64,000 nucleotides of DNA from a virus (Duplodnaviria > Caudoviricetes). Location: positions 1 to 64,000 of IMG/VR virus record IMGVR_UViG_3300027760_000553. One strand, written 5' to 3'. This document shows, in pieces, positions 9,775 to 18,955 of this stretch (position 1 is its first letter; the number at the start of each line of letters is the position of its first letter). The notes below the pieces were generated by a model. The model made no database searches and was not told the origin of the DNA. It saw nothing but the letters and a program-made list of their open reading frames with translations. The translations under genes and the position numbers were made by a program.

Positions 9775-9981
9775 ATGGCTACCAAACTATTTACAATAGA
9801 AAACCTACTCGTAGGAAAAACTTATCGCTCACGCTCTCGCCACTTTGAGGGTGAAATCGTATCGGCTACACCTCGCCCAGAAATCTGGTATGGAGAAAAC
9901 ACCGAAGCCTATCTAATCGGCGTATACGCTAAAAATAAATTGTCTACACAATACGCAACTATCGCAGTAAAAACAAAGTAA
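9775..9981 (+). CDS. Hypothetical early protein (SH3-like)
   Basis: ORF track; RBS. Confidence 0.55.
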   Translation: MATKLFTIENLLVGKTYRSRSRHFEGEIVSATPRPEIWYGENTEAYLIGVYAKNKLSTQYATIAVKTK

Positions 9982-10003
9982 AAAGAAAGTAGGAAACTAA
10001 CTT

Positions 10004-10186
10004 ATGTATAAACTCACAATAGAAACTTTTAATGGTTCAGTAAAAACCATTCAACTACCCTCAAAGGGTGCGGTTGCTCAGTTCGTATCAACTTACCCAA
10101 CACAATTACCCGTTGGCGTATCCGTAAAAATTGCTTGTGACGCTTTAGGCGTATCAGGAACACTTAGAGGAAAGGCGGTTCTATAA
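10004..10186 (+). CDS. Hypothetical early protein
   Basis: ORF track; paralog of 6778..6957. Confidence 0.6.
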   Translation: MYKLTIETFNGSVKTIQLPSKGAVAQFVSTYPTQLPVGVSVKIACDALGVSGTLRGKAVL

Positions 10187-10307
10187 TGGGATTTATTGAA
10201 TTCGCTAGAATTGACAATGAAGGCGTGGAGTGGGTAGACTTAGAGTCTGCAACTCCCGCAGAATTACTAGATTTAGAAATTGGACTATTTCAGGAAGGTG
10301 CTATCTA

Positions 10308-10463
10308 ATGATAAACTCCGTTCTTTCTATTCCCTGCGAGGAATGTCACTCAACAGGTCTTATCTTTTGGGGTAATGACCTTGACTATGATGTCGAAACT
10401 TGCGTATGCGATTTCGGTATGGAACAAGACTTAAATTTATTCAACACCCCCGAAGCAAACTAA
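10308..10463 (+). CDS. Small zinc-finger protein
   Basis: CEECHSTG...CVC. Confidence 0.5.
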   Translation: MINSVLSIPCEECHSTGLIFWGNDLDYDVETCVCDFGMEQDLNLFNTPEAN

Positions 10464-10482
10464 AGAATAGGAAATAAAATAA

Positions 10483-10689
10483 ATGACTAAAGTAGAACAC
10501 ACACTAAAGTTCGTAACCGAATTTGACGAAACTCACCCAATAGCACAACAAGCACTTGCTCTTGCTCACTCAGATTTAATTGCAATGCTTGAGGGAATGC
10601 TAAAGGACATTCTAGTGCCTTCACTAAAACCAGTGCTTGATGAAATAAATGCTCGTGGCACTTACGCAATTCTAAAGGTGGCAGAATAA
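10483..10689 (+). CDS. Hypothetical early protein
   Basis: ORF track; RBS. Confidence 0.55.
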   Translation: MTKVEHTLKFVTEFDETHPIAQQALALAHSDLIAMLEGMLKDILVPSLKPVLDEINARGTYAILKVAE

Positions 10690-10869
10690 ATGATGACACG
10701 CAAGGACTATGTAGCAACTGCTGAAATTCTTTCATCTTTCAAAGATTTGATAGGTGATGAATTTACTTTTCACGATTTAGTTGATGAGTTTGCTTCTATG
10801 TTTGAAGCAGATAATGAACGCTTTGACTCCCAGAAATTTTTTGAAGCGTGTAACAAAAATAATTACTGA
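10690..10869 (+). CDS. Hypothetical early protein
   Basis: Manual translation MMTRKDYVATAEILSS...FEADNERFDSQKFFEAC. Confidence 0.6.
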   Translation: MMTRKDYVATAEILSSFKDLIGDEFTFHDLVDEFASMFEADNERFDSQKFFEACNKNNY

Positions 10870-10873
10870 AATG

Positions 10874-10901
10874 AAATCCTGAGCAAGATCTAAAACTGCT
10901 C
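10874..10901 (+). ncRNA. Repeated H-type pseudoknot, copy 1
   Basis: AAATC-CT-GAGCA-A-GATCT-AAAAC-TGCTC. Confidence 0.6.
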
Positions 10902-10995
10902 AATTTTTGGCCAGCGTGTCGTCCACAGACTTATCCACAGGCTTTACGTGTGATTAAAAACACACCCATTATTTCCCAGATTTAGGGCTTTGAGT

Positions 10996-11024
10996 TTGAA
11001 AATGTCAGTAAAGTCTGATAGGAT
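10996..11024 (+). promoter_or_regulatory. Early promoter with ATGTCAG spacer element
   Basis: TTGAAA-ATGTCAGTAAAGTCTGA-TAGGAT. Confidence 0.65.
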
Positions 11025-11203
11025 TGACTTATCAACAAGAAAGGAAAACTAATGGGAAATTTGATAGATGAGGTTTGCATAGGTTGTAATGAGAATGCCG
11101 TTACTATGACAGAATTGTATTGCACTAATTGCTACCTTGAAAAAAATTCAGAAATAGACTACGATAGTCTTGACCTACTATGGACAACGAAAGAGGCTAA
11201 CTA

Positions 11204-11419
11204 ATGGAATACCTATACTCAGTAACTTGCACCTATGACTCAGAGGCTACCCCTAAGTGGGTTGGTCGTTATTCAGATGCTTTATCTGCCGTTGAAGTTT
11301 ATCAAAAGTTTGTAGACCACGGACTTGCTAAGGAATACTCAACAATAAACTTATCTGAACCTTCAGGTAAGATGCACACAAAAACTTTCTACAAAACAGG
11401 AATGGTGGTAACAAGATAA
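11204..11419 (+). CDS. Hypothetical early protein
   Basis: ORF track; GAGG RBS. Confidence 0.55.
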   Translation: MEYLYSVTCTYDSEATPKWVGRYSDALSAVEVYQKFVDHGLAKEYSTINLSEPSGKMHTKTFYKTGMVVTR

Positions 11420-11706
11420 TGGGAAGCGTAACCGCAATTGGATTAGCAGATAGCGTCCTAGATTTAGAAACACAGATAGCCTATCACTTACAGGGTAATC
11501 ACTACCCACCCGTTCCACTTTCTATGGTGCAACCTTGCATAGATGCTATTGACGCATACTATGATGAGGACTATGACCGATTTATTGCTATGCCTGAAGG
11601 CGTATTCTATAAGGGGATGAGCCACGCACCTGCACACGCTATTGTAGACCAACACCACTTATCTTGGTTTATTGACCCAGTAGACAACTATGAGAATGAG
11701 GAATAA
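11419..11706 (+). CDS. Hypothetical early protein
   Basis: ORF track; HLQGNHYPPVP motif. Confidence 0.6.
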   Translation: MGSVTAIGLADSVLDLETQIAYHLQGNHYPPVPLSMVQPCIDAIDAYYDEDYDRFIAMPEGVFYKGMSHAPAHAIVDQHHLSWFIDPVDNYENEE

Positions 11707-11707
11707 A

Positions 11708-11950
11708 ATGTCTGATACAATGGAAACTATGGAATTGATCCACGCAGATAACTTAACACCAGACCAATTAATGATTGGTGATTTAATTAAAATTGATGAT
11801 GACATCGTTGAAGTTATTTTTATTGAAAGTGATTCTACTGGAGATAACTATGACATACAAACTGAAAATGAATTTGGTGAATTAGATATCACTCAACATT
11901 CTTTTGATAACCTAATTCCTTTATACGTTTTTATTGAAGAAGGTTTATAA
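11708..11950 (+). CDS. Acidic hypothetical protein
   Basis: ORF track with refined start. Confidence 0.55.
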   Translation: MSDTMETMELIHADNLTPDQLMIGDLIKIDDDIVEVIFIESDSTGDNYDIQTENEFGELDITQHSFDNLIPLYVFIEEGL

Positions 11951-12043
11951 ACTTCAACCCTTCGGGGCCAGCCGCAAATTCGGACATATAGGACATAGTT
12001 TACGGTATTTGATATTTTTCCCCTAATCTGCTAAGATAGTTAT

Positions 12044-12196
12044 ATGAAAAAAAATGCTGAGGAATTAAGACGCCTAATGGAATTACGTAGGTCTAATGCT
12101 GCCTCTGCTATCCCTAATAAAAAGAATTACAATAGAAAAAAATGTCAGTCCCTTATGTTAGAATTAAAGAAAGAAAGAGGCCCACACTATGAGTAA
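12044..12196 (+). CDS. 50-aa basic protein (ELRRSNAA family)
   Basis: MKKNAEELRRLMELRRSNAASAIPNKKNYNRKK...; leaderless start after TAAGAT. Confidence 0.55.
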   Translation: MKKNAEELRRLMELRRSNAASAIPNKKNYNRKKCQSLMLELKKERGPHYE

Positions 12197-12911
12197 ATTA
12201 CTAAGATCTAAAGATAGGAAAGTAGCAAATGCCGTTACCCCAAATGGAAAACAAGCAAGTATCGCCAACACATTCGGACTACCTGCAGGAAAAAACTTTT
12301 CATGTCCTGGTGCAACGAGTGTCTGCGAGAGTGTTTGCTATGCAGGTAAACTTGAAAAAATATTCCCAACAGTAAAGAAAAACTTATTGCACAATTGGGA
12401 ACTAATACGCAATGCAGATATGGATACTATGTTGCTATTGCTTGATGAGATGATTGTTGATTTTGTCAATGATTGTAATAAGAAAGACGCACCTAAACTA
12501 TTCCGTATACACTGGGACGGTGATTTTTTTAATGATACTTATGCCAATGCGTGGAAAACAATTATCACTAATCATCCTGAAATTCAATTCTGGGTTTATA
12601 CTCGTGTAAAGTCAGCCGCCCTAATCTTGCAGGGTATTGATAATCTATCTTTATACTATTCGACAGATAGCGAGAATAAGGATACTGGAATTGATCTAAA
12701 AACTAATCACGGAGTCCGTCTTGCTTACCTTGCTAAGAATTTTCAAATAGGGCAAGAAGATATGAAAAACTTAATTGGTAAGGTAGGGGCTAAGTGTCCT
12801 GAGAATAAGAAGGCTATTCCACTTATTAGCACTAAGGGCTCGGCTTGCGTTTCTTGCTCACTTTGTGTATACTCTAAGAGTGACATAGTATTTTCTGCGA
12901 CTAAGAAATGA
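12189..12911 (+). CDS. GP88-like (radical SAM-related) Fe-S protein
   Basis: SCPGATSVCESVCYA, FRIHWDGDF, FWVYT, CP...CVSCSLC. Confidence 0.75.
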   Translation: MSKLLRSKDRKVANAVTPNGKQASIANTFGLPAGKNFSCPGATSVCESVCYAGKLEKIFPTVKKNLLHNWELIRNADMDTMLLLLDEMIVDFVNDCNKKDAPKLFRIHWDGDFFNDTYANAWKTIITNHPEIQFWVYTRVKSAALILQGIDNLSLYYSTDSENKDTGIDLKTNHGVRLAYLAKNFQIGQEDMKNLIGKVGAKCPENKKAIPLISTKGSACVSCSLCVYSKSDIVFSATKK

Positions 12912-13065
12912 GCCTAATGGAATTATTAGCAATAGTATTGGTAAGCATAACCTTGCTTATCTTGTTTGACTCCCCCTTTTAGAAAGGGTGTCCCAAATGT
13001 CCGTTTTATCCCCTAGAAATGTGAGGAAGGTCACAAAAATAAATCTAAAAAATGCCATAAATAAC

Positions 13066-13094
13066 TGGAAAATGTCAGTAGGAAATGTTATACT
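13066..13094 (+). promoter_or_regulatory. Early promoter with ATGTCAG spacer element; CRP-type box upstream at 13020
   Basis: TGGAAA-ATGTCAGTAGGAAATGT-TATACT; TGTGAGGAAGGTCACA. Confidence 0.65.
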
Positions 13095-13128
13095 TGATAC
13101 ATACAACAACAACAAAAGGAGAAACACA

Positions 13129-13293
13129 ATGTCAGTAGCAACAGCAACATACAAAGTAGGAGATACCTACACAACACAGAAGTCAAAGGTTACAGGAACT
13201 ATCGTGGAAATCAACCCACAAGCAAATGGTAATGTTCGTGTAAAGTTAGATGTCAATGGTTCACACCGCTACACAACTTGGACGGCTAAGTAA
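13129..13293 (+). CDS. Small SH3-like hypothetical protein
   Basis: AAAGGAG RBS; MSVATATYKVGD. Confidence 0.6.
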   Translation: MSVATATYKVGDTYTTQKSKVTGTIVEINPQANGNVRVKLDVNGSHRYTTWTAK

Positions 13294-13302
13294 TCTAATC
13301 AG

Positions 13303-13331
13303 TATTTCCTGAGTATGAAATAAAACTGCTC
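13303..13331 (+). ncRNA. Repeated H-type pseudoknot, copy 2
   Basis: TATTTC-CT-GAGTA-T-GAAATA-AAAC-TGCTC. Confidence 0.65.
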
Positions 13332-13373
13332 AACACCCCCAACTAAAACCCCACAAAAGAAAAGAGAAAACAA

Positions 13374-13796
13374 ATGGCAAGAGGCAAAGCAATCTCAGTA
13401 AAAATCCCTACACAACGAGTAATCGCAGGACTAGAAGCATCACTAGCAAAACTAGAGATGGACTACGCATCACAAGAAGCAAACGAAGCAAAGTATCAAG
13501 AACTACACAAGGCTTGGAAAGATGAAATTGGTAAGTGGGCTATTGCCAACTACGCAAAGTCAGAAAACCTACGCACAAACTATCGTTCTTGGAACAACAC
13601 TCTCAATGTTGATTTTGACATCATCACAAAAGAGGGAACTTTCCCTGCTGAACCTGAAAAGGATTTTGAGGTTATTCACAATCACACCTATAAGGAAATG
13701 AAAGATGAAATGACTAACGCAATTCGTATCCTAAAGATGACAGATGAGGAAGTAGTTTCCACATCAACTTATCAAGCGGTTGCTCGTTATCTCTAA
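13374..13796 (+). CDS. Hypothetical coiled-coil protein
   Basis: ORF track. Confidence 0.65.
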   Translation: MARGKAISVKIPTQRVIAGLEASLAKLEMDYASQEANEAKYQELHKAWKDEIGKWAIANYAKSENLRTNYRSWNNTLNVDFDIITKEGTFPAEPEKDFEVIHNHTYKEMKDEMTNAIRILKMTDEEVVSTSTYQAVARYL

Positions 13797-13805
13797 ATAA
13801 ATAAA

Positions 13806-13832
13806 CGACCTGAGCAAGTCGCCAAACTGCTC
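13806..13832 (+). ncRNA. Repeated H-type pseudoknot, copy 3
   Basis: CGAC-CT-GAGCA-A-GTCG-CCAAAC-TGCTC. Confidence 0.65.
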
Positions 13833-14019
13833 ACACAACTAAATAAGATTAGGGTAAGAGGCTCAGCGCCTCTCCTATGTTCGCCAGGCTGATTAGGGCG
13901 ACAATAGAAATACTATAGAGCCACCTTATTGGGCAGGTGTAAGAACCCATACGAAACAGATCCAGTTTGAGAGTGTTCTCGGATAATGTCGTAAGTAAGA
14001 ACTCTACCCTTCGGGGTCC

Positions 14020-14048
14020 TTGACAATGTCAGTGGCCACGAGTACAAT
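14020..14048 (+). promoter_or_regulatory. Consensus SigA promoter with ATGTCAG spacer element
   Basis: TTGACA-ATGTCAGTGGCCACGAG-TACAAT. Confidence 0.75.
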
Positions 14049-14079
14049 TGAATTAACCAACTACAGAAAGAGGCCCCCA

Positions 14080-14511
14080 ATGGACCAACAAGATATACCA
14101 ACACTAACAGGCACAGTCAACGCAACAGAAGAGTTTCTTCGTGATTCACTGGCCAAGGCAACATTGCGTGTAACTCAACTAGAGGAGCACATTCAGAAAG
14201 TAACTCAGCGTTCATATGCAGATTCTGCAGATAAGAATCGTATGGTAGAAGCAATGCAAGAGTGGACCTTTGAAGCACTTGAGCAAGGAACTATCAATGA
14301 ATCAGAAGCAGAAGAAATTGCTGAGATTATGGGCTTTGAATTAACAAAAGAATTCGAAGTTGAAGTAACAGTTCTTTATTCTGTTACTGTTAATGCACGT
14401 ACAGAAGAGGATGCACAAAATGCAATTCACGATATTGATTTTGATACCGTGCAATACAATTCAGATTCAATCGGGTACCTATCGTCTTCAATTGATAGAA
14501 TAGATATTTAG
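14080..14511 (+). CDS. Acidic hypothetical protein
   Basis: ORF track with refined start; C-terminal VNARTEEDA motif. Confidence 0.6.
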   Translation: MDQQDIPTLTGTVNATEEFLRDSLAKATLRVTQLEEHIQKVTQRSYADSADKNRMVEAMQEWTFEALEQGTINESEAEEIAEIMGFELTKEFEVEVTVLYSVTVNARTEEDAQNAIHDIDFDTVQYNSDSIGYLSSSIDRIDI

Positions 14512-14525
14512 TAGGGGGCTACTAA

Positions 14526-14553
14526 TAAACCTGAGCACGTTTACAAACTGCTC
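14526..14553 (+). ncRNA. Repeated H-type pseudoknot, copy 4
   Basis: TAAAC-CT-GAGCA-C-GTTTA-CAAAC-TGCTC followed by a U tract. Confidence 0.65.
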
Positions 14554-14664
14554 ATTTTTTATTTAAATTTGCCAGCCCATTTTTTATAAATGTCAAGCGA
14601 CACGCCGATGTGTTTAAGATCACACCTAAAAATGTCCATATTGTCTATGTTTAACTATCCCGAT

Positions 14665-14693
14665 TTGCATATGTCAGCCCAGACTGCTACACT
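14665..14693 (+). promoter_or_regulatory. Early promoter with ATGTCAG spacer element
   Basis: TTGCAT-ATGTCAGCCCAGACTGC-TACACT. Confidence 0.65.
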
Positions 14694-14724
14694 TAGAATA
14701 TCAACAACAGAAAGAAGGAAAATC

Positions 14725-15747
14725 GTGGCTCACGACTTAGAAACACAAAACGGCAAAACCTCATTCGCATCATTCAGACAACCTGCTTGGCACGGATTAG
14801 GAACAGTCTTTACAGAAGAAAAAACAACCGCAGAAATGTTAGAGGCTGCAAATCTTAATGGGTGGAATGTTCGCCTTGAAGATTTGGAAACCCCTACACA
14901 TCTAACAAGCGACAAGGCATACCAATATGTCTTGCGAACAAACCCTACCGATAACACACAAACCGATATTCTCGGAATCGTTGGTGAGCGTTATCACCCA
15001 TTGCAGAATGAAGACCTATTCTCATTCGGTGATAATATTCTTGACGGTGGTGGTCGTTGGGAAACTGCTGGGTCAATCAAGGGTGGTCGTGTCGTGTTCG
15101 GTGCATTAGCATTAGAGCGTGAAACAATTCTTGACCCTAATGGTGTAAGTGATAAGGTAAAAACTTATTTGCTCATCAACACATCTCACGATGGTTCTAT
15201 TGCTATTCAAGCAAGTATCACACCCGTTCGTGTTGTGTGCGCTAACACTCTCAACCTTGCTCTCGGTGGCGTAGGTCGTAAGAAGAATAAGGGAATCAAG
15301 CAATCATTCAAGATTCGCCACACACAAACCGCTAATGGTAAAGTTCAAATTGCTCGTGAGACTCTTGGTCTTGCTAATGCTTATATGGACGAATTTGATA
15401 TTATGGCTAAGGCTATGATTGAGAAAGAGGTCAATGCGATTGACTTCAACAAAATCATTCTTGCTGCATATCCTAAGCCAGAAAAAGATGCTAAGGGTGC
15501 TTTCAAGAAATGGGAAAACAAGGTAGATGTCATCAACGATATTTACACAGGCGAGTTCAATGGAATGATTGCGGGTAATGCGTGGGGTGCGTTCAATGCA
15601 CTAACTGAGCGCCTTGACTGGTATCGTTCTGCTCGTGGTGGTTCTAACGAATCCATTCTTGCATCAGCATCAGGATTTGACCCTGCTATCAACGCAGAAA
15701 AAAATCGTTTGCTAAAAGTTGTGCAAGGCGTAATGTCTCTCGCATAA
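14725..15747 (+). CDS. DUF932 family phage/plasmid protein
   Basis: AWHGLG, ETAGSIKGGR, YLLINTSHDGS, TPVRVVCANTL, IRHT motifs; GTG start after GAAGG. Confidence 0.85.
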   Translation: MAHDLETQNGKTSFASFRQPAWHGLGTVFTEEKTTAEMLEAANLNGWNVRLEDLETPTHLTSDKAYQYVLRTNPTDNTQTDILGIVGERYHPLQNEDLFSFGDNILDGGGRWETAGSIKGGRVVFGALALERETILDPNGVSDKVKTYLLINTSHDGSIAIQASITPVRVVCANTLNLALGGVGRKKNKGIKQSFKIRHTQTANGKVQIARETLGLANAYMDEFDIMAKAMIEKEVNAIDFNKIILAAYPKPEKDAKGAFKKWENKVDVINDIYTGEFNGMIAGNAWGAFNALTERLDWYRSARGGSNESILASASGFDPAINAEKNRLLKVVQGVMSLA

Positions 15748-15753
15748 TAAAAA

Positions 15754-15781
15754 AATTCCTGAGCAAGAATTAAAACTGCTC
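15754..15781 (+). ncRNA. Repeated H-type pseudoknot, copy 5
   Basis: AATTC-CT-GAGCA-A-GAATT-AAAAC-TGCTC. Confidence 0.65.
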
Positions 15782-15790
15782 TCCATAACT

Positions 15791-15864
15791 GGAGTGTTAG
15801 CATAGTTGGTTAATGCGCTACCCTGTCACGGTAGAGATCACGGGTTCAAGTCCCGTACACTTCG
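15791..15864 (+). tRNA. tRNA-Asp(GTC)
   Basis: Acceptor GGAGTGT/ACACTTC; anticodon arm CTACC-CTGTCAC-GGTAG; T arm GGTTCAAGTCC. Confidence 0.92.
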
Positions 15865-18008
15865 CAATTAAATAAATCGGCCAGCAGTGTGACCAAGATA
15901 ACATTTTTGCAAACATTCGATTACGAAGGGCCTTGACTTTTCCCTAAATTTCTGCGATAATTAGTATATGACCCAACAAGTTGCAATATATGAAATGAAC
16001 TACTCCTGCTCTCCTGGTGGCGTTGACTGCTGGGAAGCAACCATTCAAGGATATGGGACAAGCACTACTGCCTCTGACTTTAAAACTGCTGGAGAGGCCC
16101 TTAATTGGGTTATTGACAGACACCCTGACGAAGTGCTAGAATTGGTAGTAACATCACTACCTGCCTATGAAAAGGAATATGTATGACCCAAACAATATCA
16201 GACCCAATGCTACAAGACTACTATTCTTGTGATCTTGCTATCTCTATTACAAATATCAAGGCTAAGAATAGACACCACGCAGAAGCCGTTATGCAAACCT
16301 TCATAGATGAGATTGGCAAGATAATGACTGATGAACTTAGTTGGGATGACGCTCAATGGGATATAGAGGAAAATGTATTCCTACCTGAACTTGGAGAGTG
16401 GCATACAAAGTGAATACCATTGACGAACTAATCAATGAAATATATGAAAGCAATTTCTCTCACTTAGAGTTTGAAGAAAATATGGGTGGAGATGCTTGCG
16501 ACTGCCATATCCACACTACACTAAACACTATTGCCCACTATGCTGGAATTGAGGTAGGAGAATGAAGGTTAGAATCAGTCTTGAACAAACCATAGATATA
16601 GATGATGCTATGTCTAATGATATAGGGTTTGAACTCTATGGTCCACCTGATATGAGTAATGAGGATAAGGTTGATTATCTAATTGCCCGATTTGCTGAGG
16701 ACATAGATACTATGGTAAAGTACGATGAAGTAATGGGCAACATCTCAGTAGAATACATAGAGGACTAGATGTTAGGCTATACTGAAACTGATATTGCAGT
16801 AATGACAGATGCTATGGAAGATGCTATCAAATCAGGTAGACTCTCTTCTGAGGTAGTAGATGGTTTAGAAAAGGCTCAATCATTCCTTGATGGTTTATGG
16901 GCAGAAGGGTACTTTGACTAATGTGGAGTAAGTATACATTTGTTTGTGACCCTGATGAGTGTGATGCTCTTCTTGAGTTTACCGCCAGGGACGGATACGG
17001 ATTCCCCAATGGATCTGTAGAGATGAAATGCCCTTGTGGAAGAATGATGAACTATATTAGTTATGAAGATGCTTGGGAACCGATCATTACAGATGTGAGC
17101 AAGGTCACACCCGTAACAGTTGTAAAAATCAACACTAACCCGTATAATTAATACTATGGACCTAAATACACTTAAAGAATATATACGCTTACACGCCATA
17201 TCCCTTGAACAGGATTTGGAAAACGAGGACGGTGCTGATAGCATTGTTCCTTACCTAGAAGGTGCAATTCATGTATCCCGTCACTATTTGGAGGTAGCAG
17301 GTGAATAATATAGAACTTGACCCATACCTAATGAAACAAGTAGAAATGGGTATGGACGGAGCAGACATCCTGCACGGACACCTAAAGACCCTTATGTATG
17401 AGGCTGAGCAAGTTCTTGACCGTTGCATTGAGGCAGAGGAATACTCAGAGGAAGCCATGGACTCTATGGCTCGTACAGAAGCAACGGGATACTTAGACGC
17501 CCTTTCTGAGGTATATGCATTAACTTATGCTATTGCATTTGCCAAGGAAGATGTTAAGAACCGTAAGGAGATTCTTGGTGGATAACTTTATTGAGATGAC
17601 GGAAGATGAGTGGTTTGACACTTATAAGCCTATTAAGAATCATCTAGATGAGAATGCTAGTTTTGATGGGCATATGTTTGAGACCTACGATGGGGAAGTG
17701 GCCTTTGTAAAAGAACAAGACCCTGCCTATATCTGGATGTATGGTGATGGTGACGACGGTGGTAGTTACATCTGGAACGGATGGCACATCGTAAATAGAA
17801 TAGGATACTTTATCACTTCCGTACCCTGCCCTCCTGACACGACTATTCAGGTCTTGGTCAGTCATAACTGGTTCTATTGTGAGAACTGCAGCGCTGAGTT
17901 TGAAGACCCTGATAATATAATCAGAGATGCCTTTGATGAGCACGATTTGGAAAAATGCCCAGAATGTGCTACACTTGATGAAATGACCCTAGTAGGAATG
18001 GATAAAAA

Positions 18009-18341
18009 ATGAAAACATCAATTAGTGGGCTAACATACATTGGCTCTTTTACGGTAGACTCAGGACAAGCAATTGTCGGTGACCCTTGTTACCTTGATGA
18101 GTGGAAAACGTGGGATTCAGATAAACAAAACTTTGAGGACCACCCTAAGCATAAAGGTGAATACGGTTATCTAGGTGCCTCTAATGCCACACTAGTAGAG
18201 GGATACGGCTCTTTAGGTCTTGGTTCGGCTGTTGCTTTCTCTACAGGATACGGGGACGGTATCTATCCTGTTTATGCTGAGTTAGACGGAACTCGTGTTC
18301 TAAAGATTATTATTGATTTTGATAATGAGGATGATGAGTAA
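18009..18341 (+). CDS. DUF4241-like protein
   Basis: VDSGQAIVGDPCY and STGYGDGIYPVY motifs. Confidence 0.65.
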   Translation: MKTSISGLTYIGSFTVDSGQAIVGDPCYLDEWKTWDSDKQNFEDHPKHKGEYGYLGASNATLVEGYGSLGLGSAVAFSTGYGDGIYPVYAELDGTRVLKIIIDFDNEDDE

Positions 18342-18906
18342 TGCCTAAGTATATTATAACTGCAACACGAGAAACTTACTATGAGATTGATATTGACGCT
18401 GACAGTGAAGATCAGGCTATAGCAGAGATTGAACGTATTGAACGTGAGGAAGATATTGAAATTTATGCCTATGACTGGTACCCTTTAGAGATACAATCCG
18501 TTGAAGAGGAAGAGGAAGAGGAGCAAGAATAATGGGAGCACGAATTAATTTTGTATTTAAAGATAGTGAGTCAGGGCCTATGGTTGTACTCTATAGCCAC
18601 TGGGGTCAGACTGAATGGGAGCGGGACCTAGCAATGGCCCTGCAGCATTCTAAACCACGGTGGGGAGATTCATCCTATGGGACCCGTATGATTATTAGTT
18701 ATCTTATGCAAGATAGCATTCTAGATGAGACAGGGTTTGGTATCTATGCTATTAGTAATGATGGCTATGACCTAGGTGAACAAACCATCCTTATCGACTT
18801 CACTACTAATACTGTCACTGATAATGTATCGGTAGATTTTGATAAATTTGTGGCCGCTTATTCGCCACTTATCAACGCCTAGAGAGGGGTCTACTAGGCT
18901 GATACA

Positions 18907-18955
18907 AAGGTGGGGCGTGGGACTTTTGCCTGTCTTGCGCCCCCCTTACTTTTTT
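18907..18955 (+). terminator. Probable intrinsic terminator
   Basis: AAGGTGGGGCGTGGGAC...GTCTTGCGCCCCCCTT followed by ACTTTTTT. Confidence 0.5.

Noticed and set aside
13806-14017. tmRNA gene
   Set aside because: No GGGG...CCA alanyl-tRNA-like ends or T arm found; kept only as an unclassified structured RNA candidate
10874-15781. CCTGAGCA...AAACTGCTC repeats as CRISPR repeats or hammerhead ribozymes
   Set aside because: Spacing is irregular and gene-sized; the CUGANGA/GAAA core and three-stem hammerhead geometry are absent
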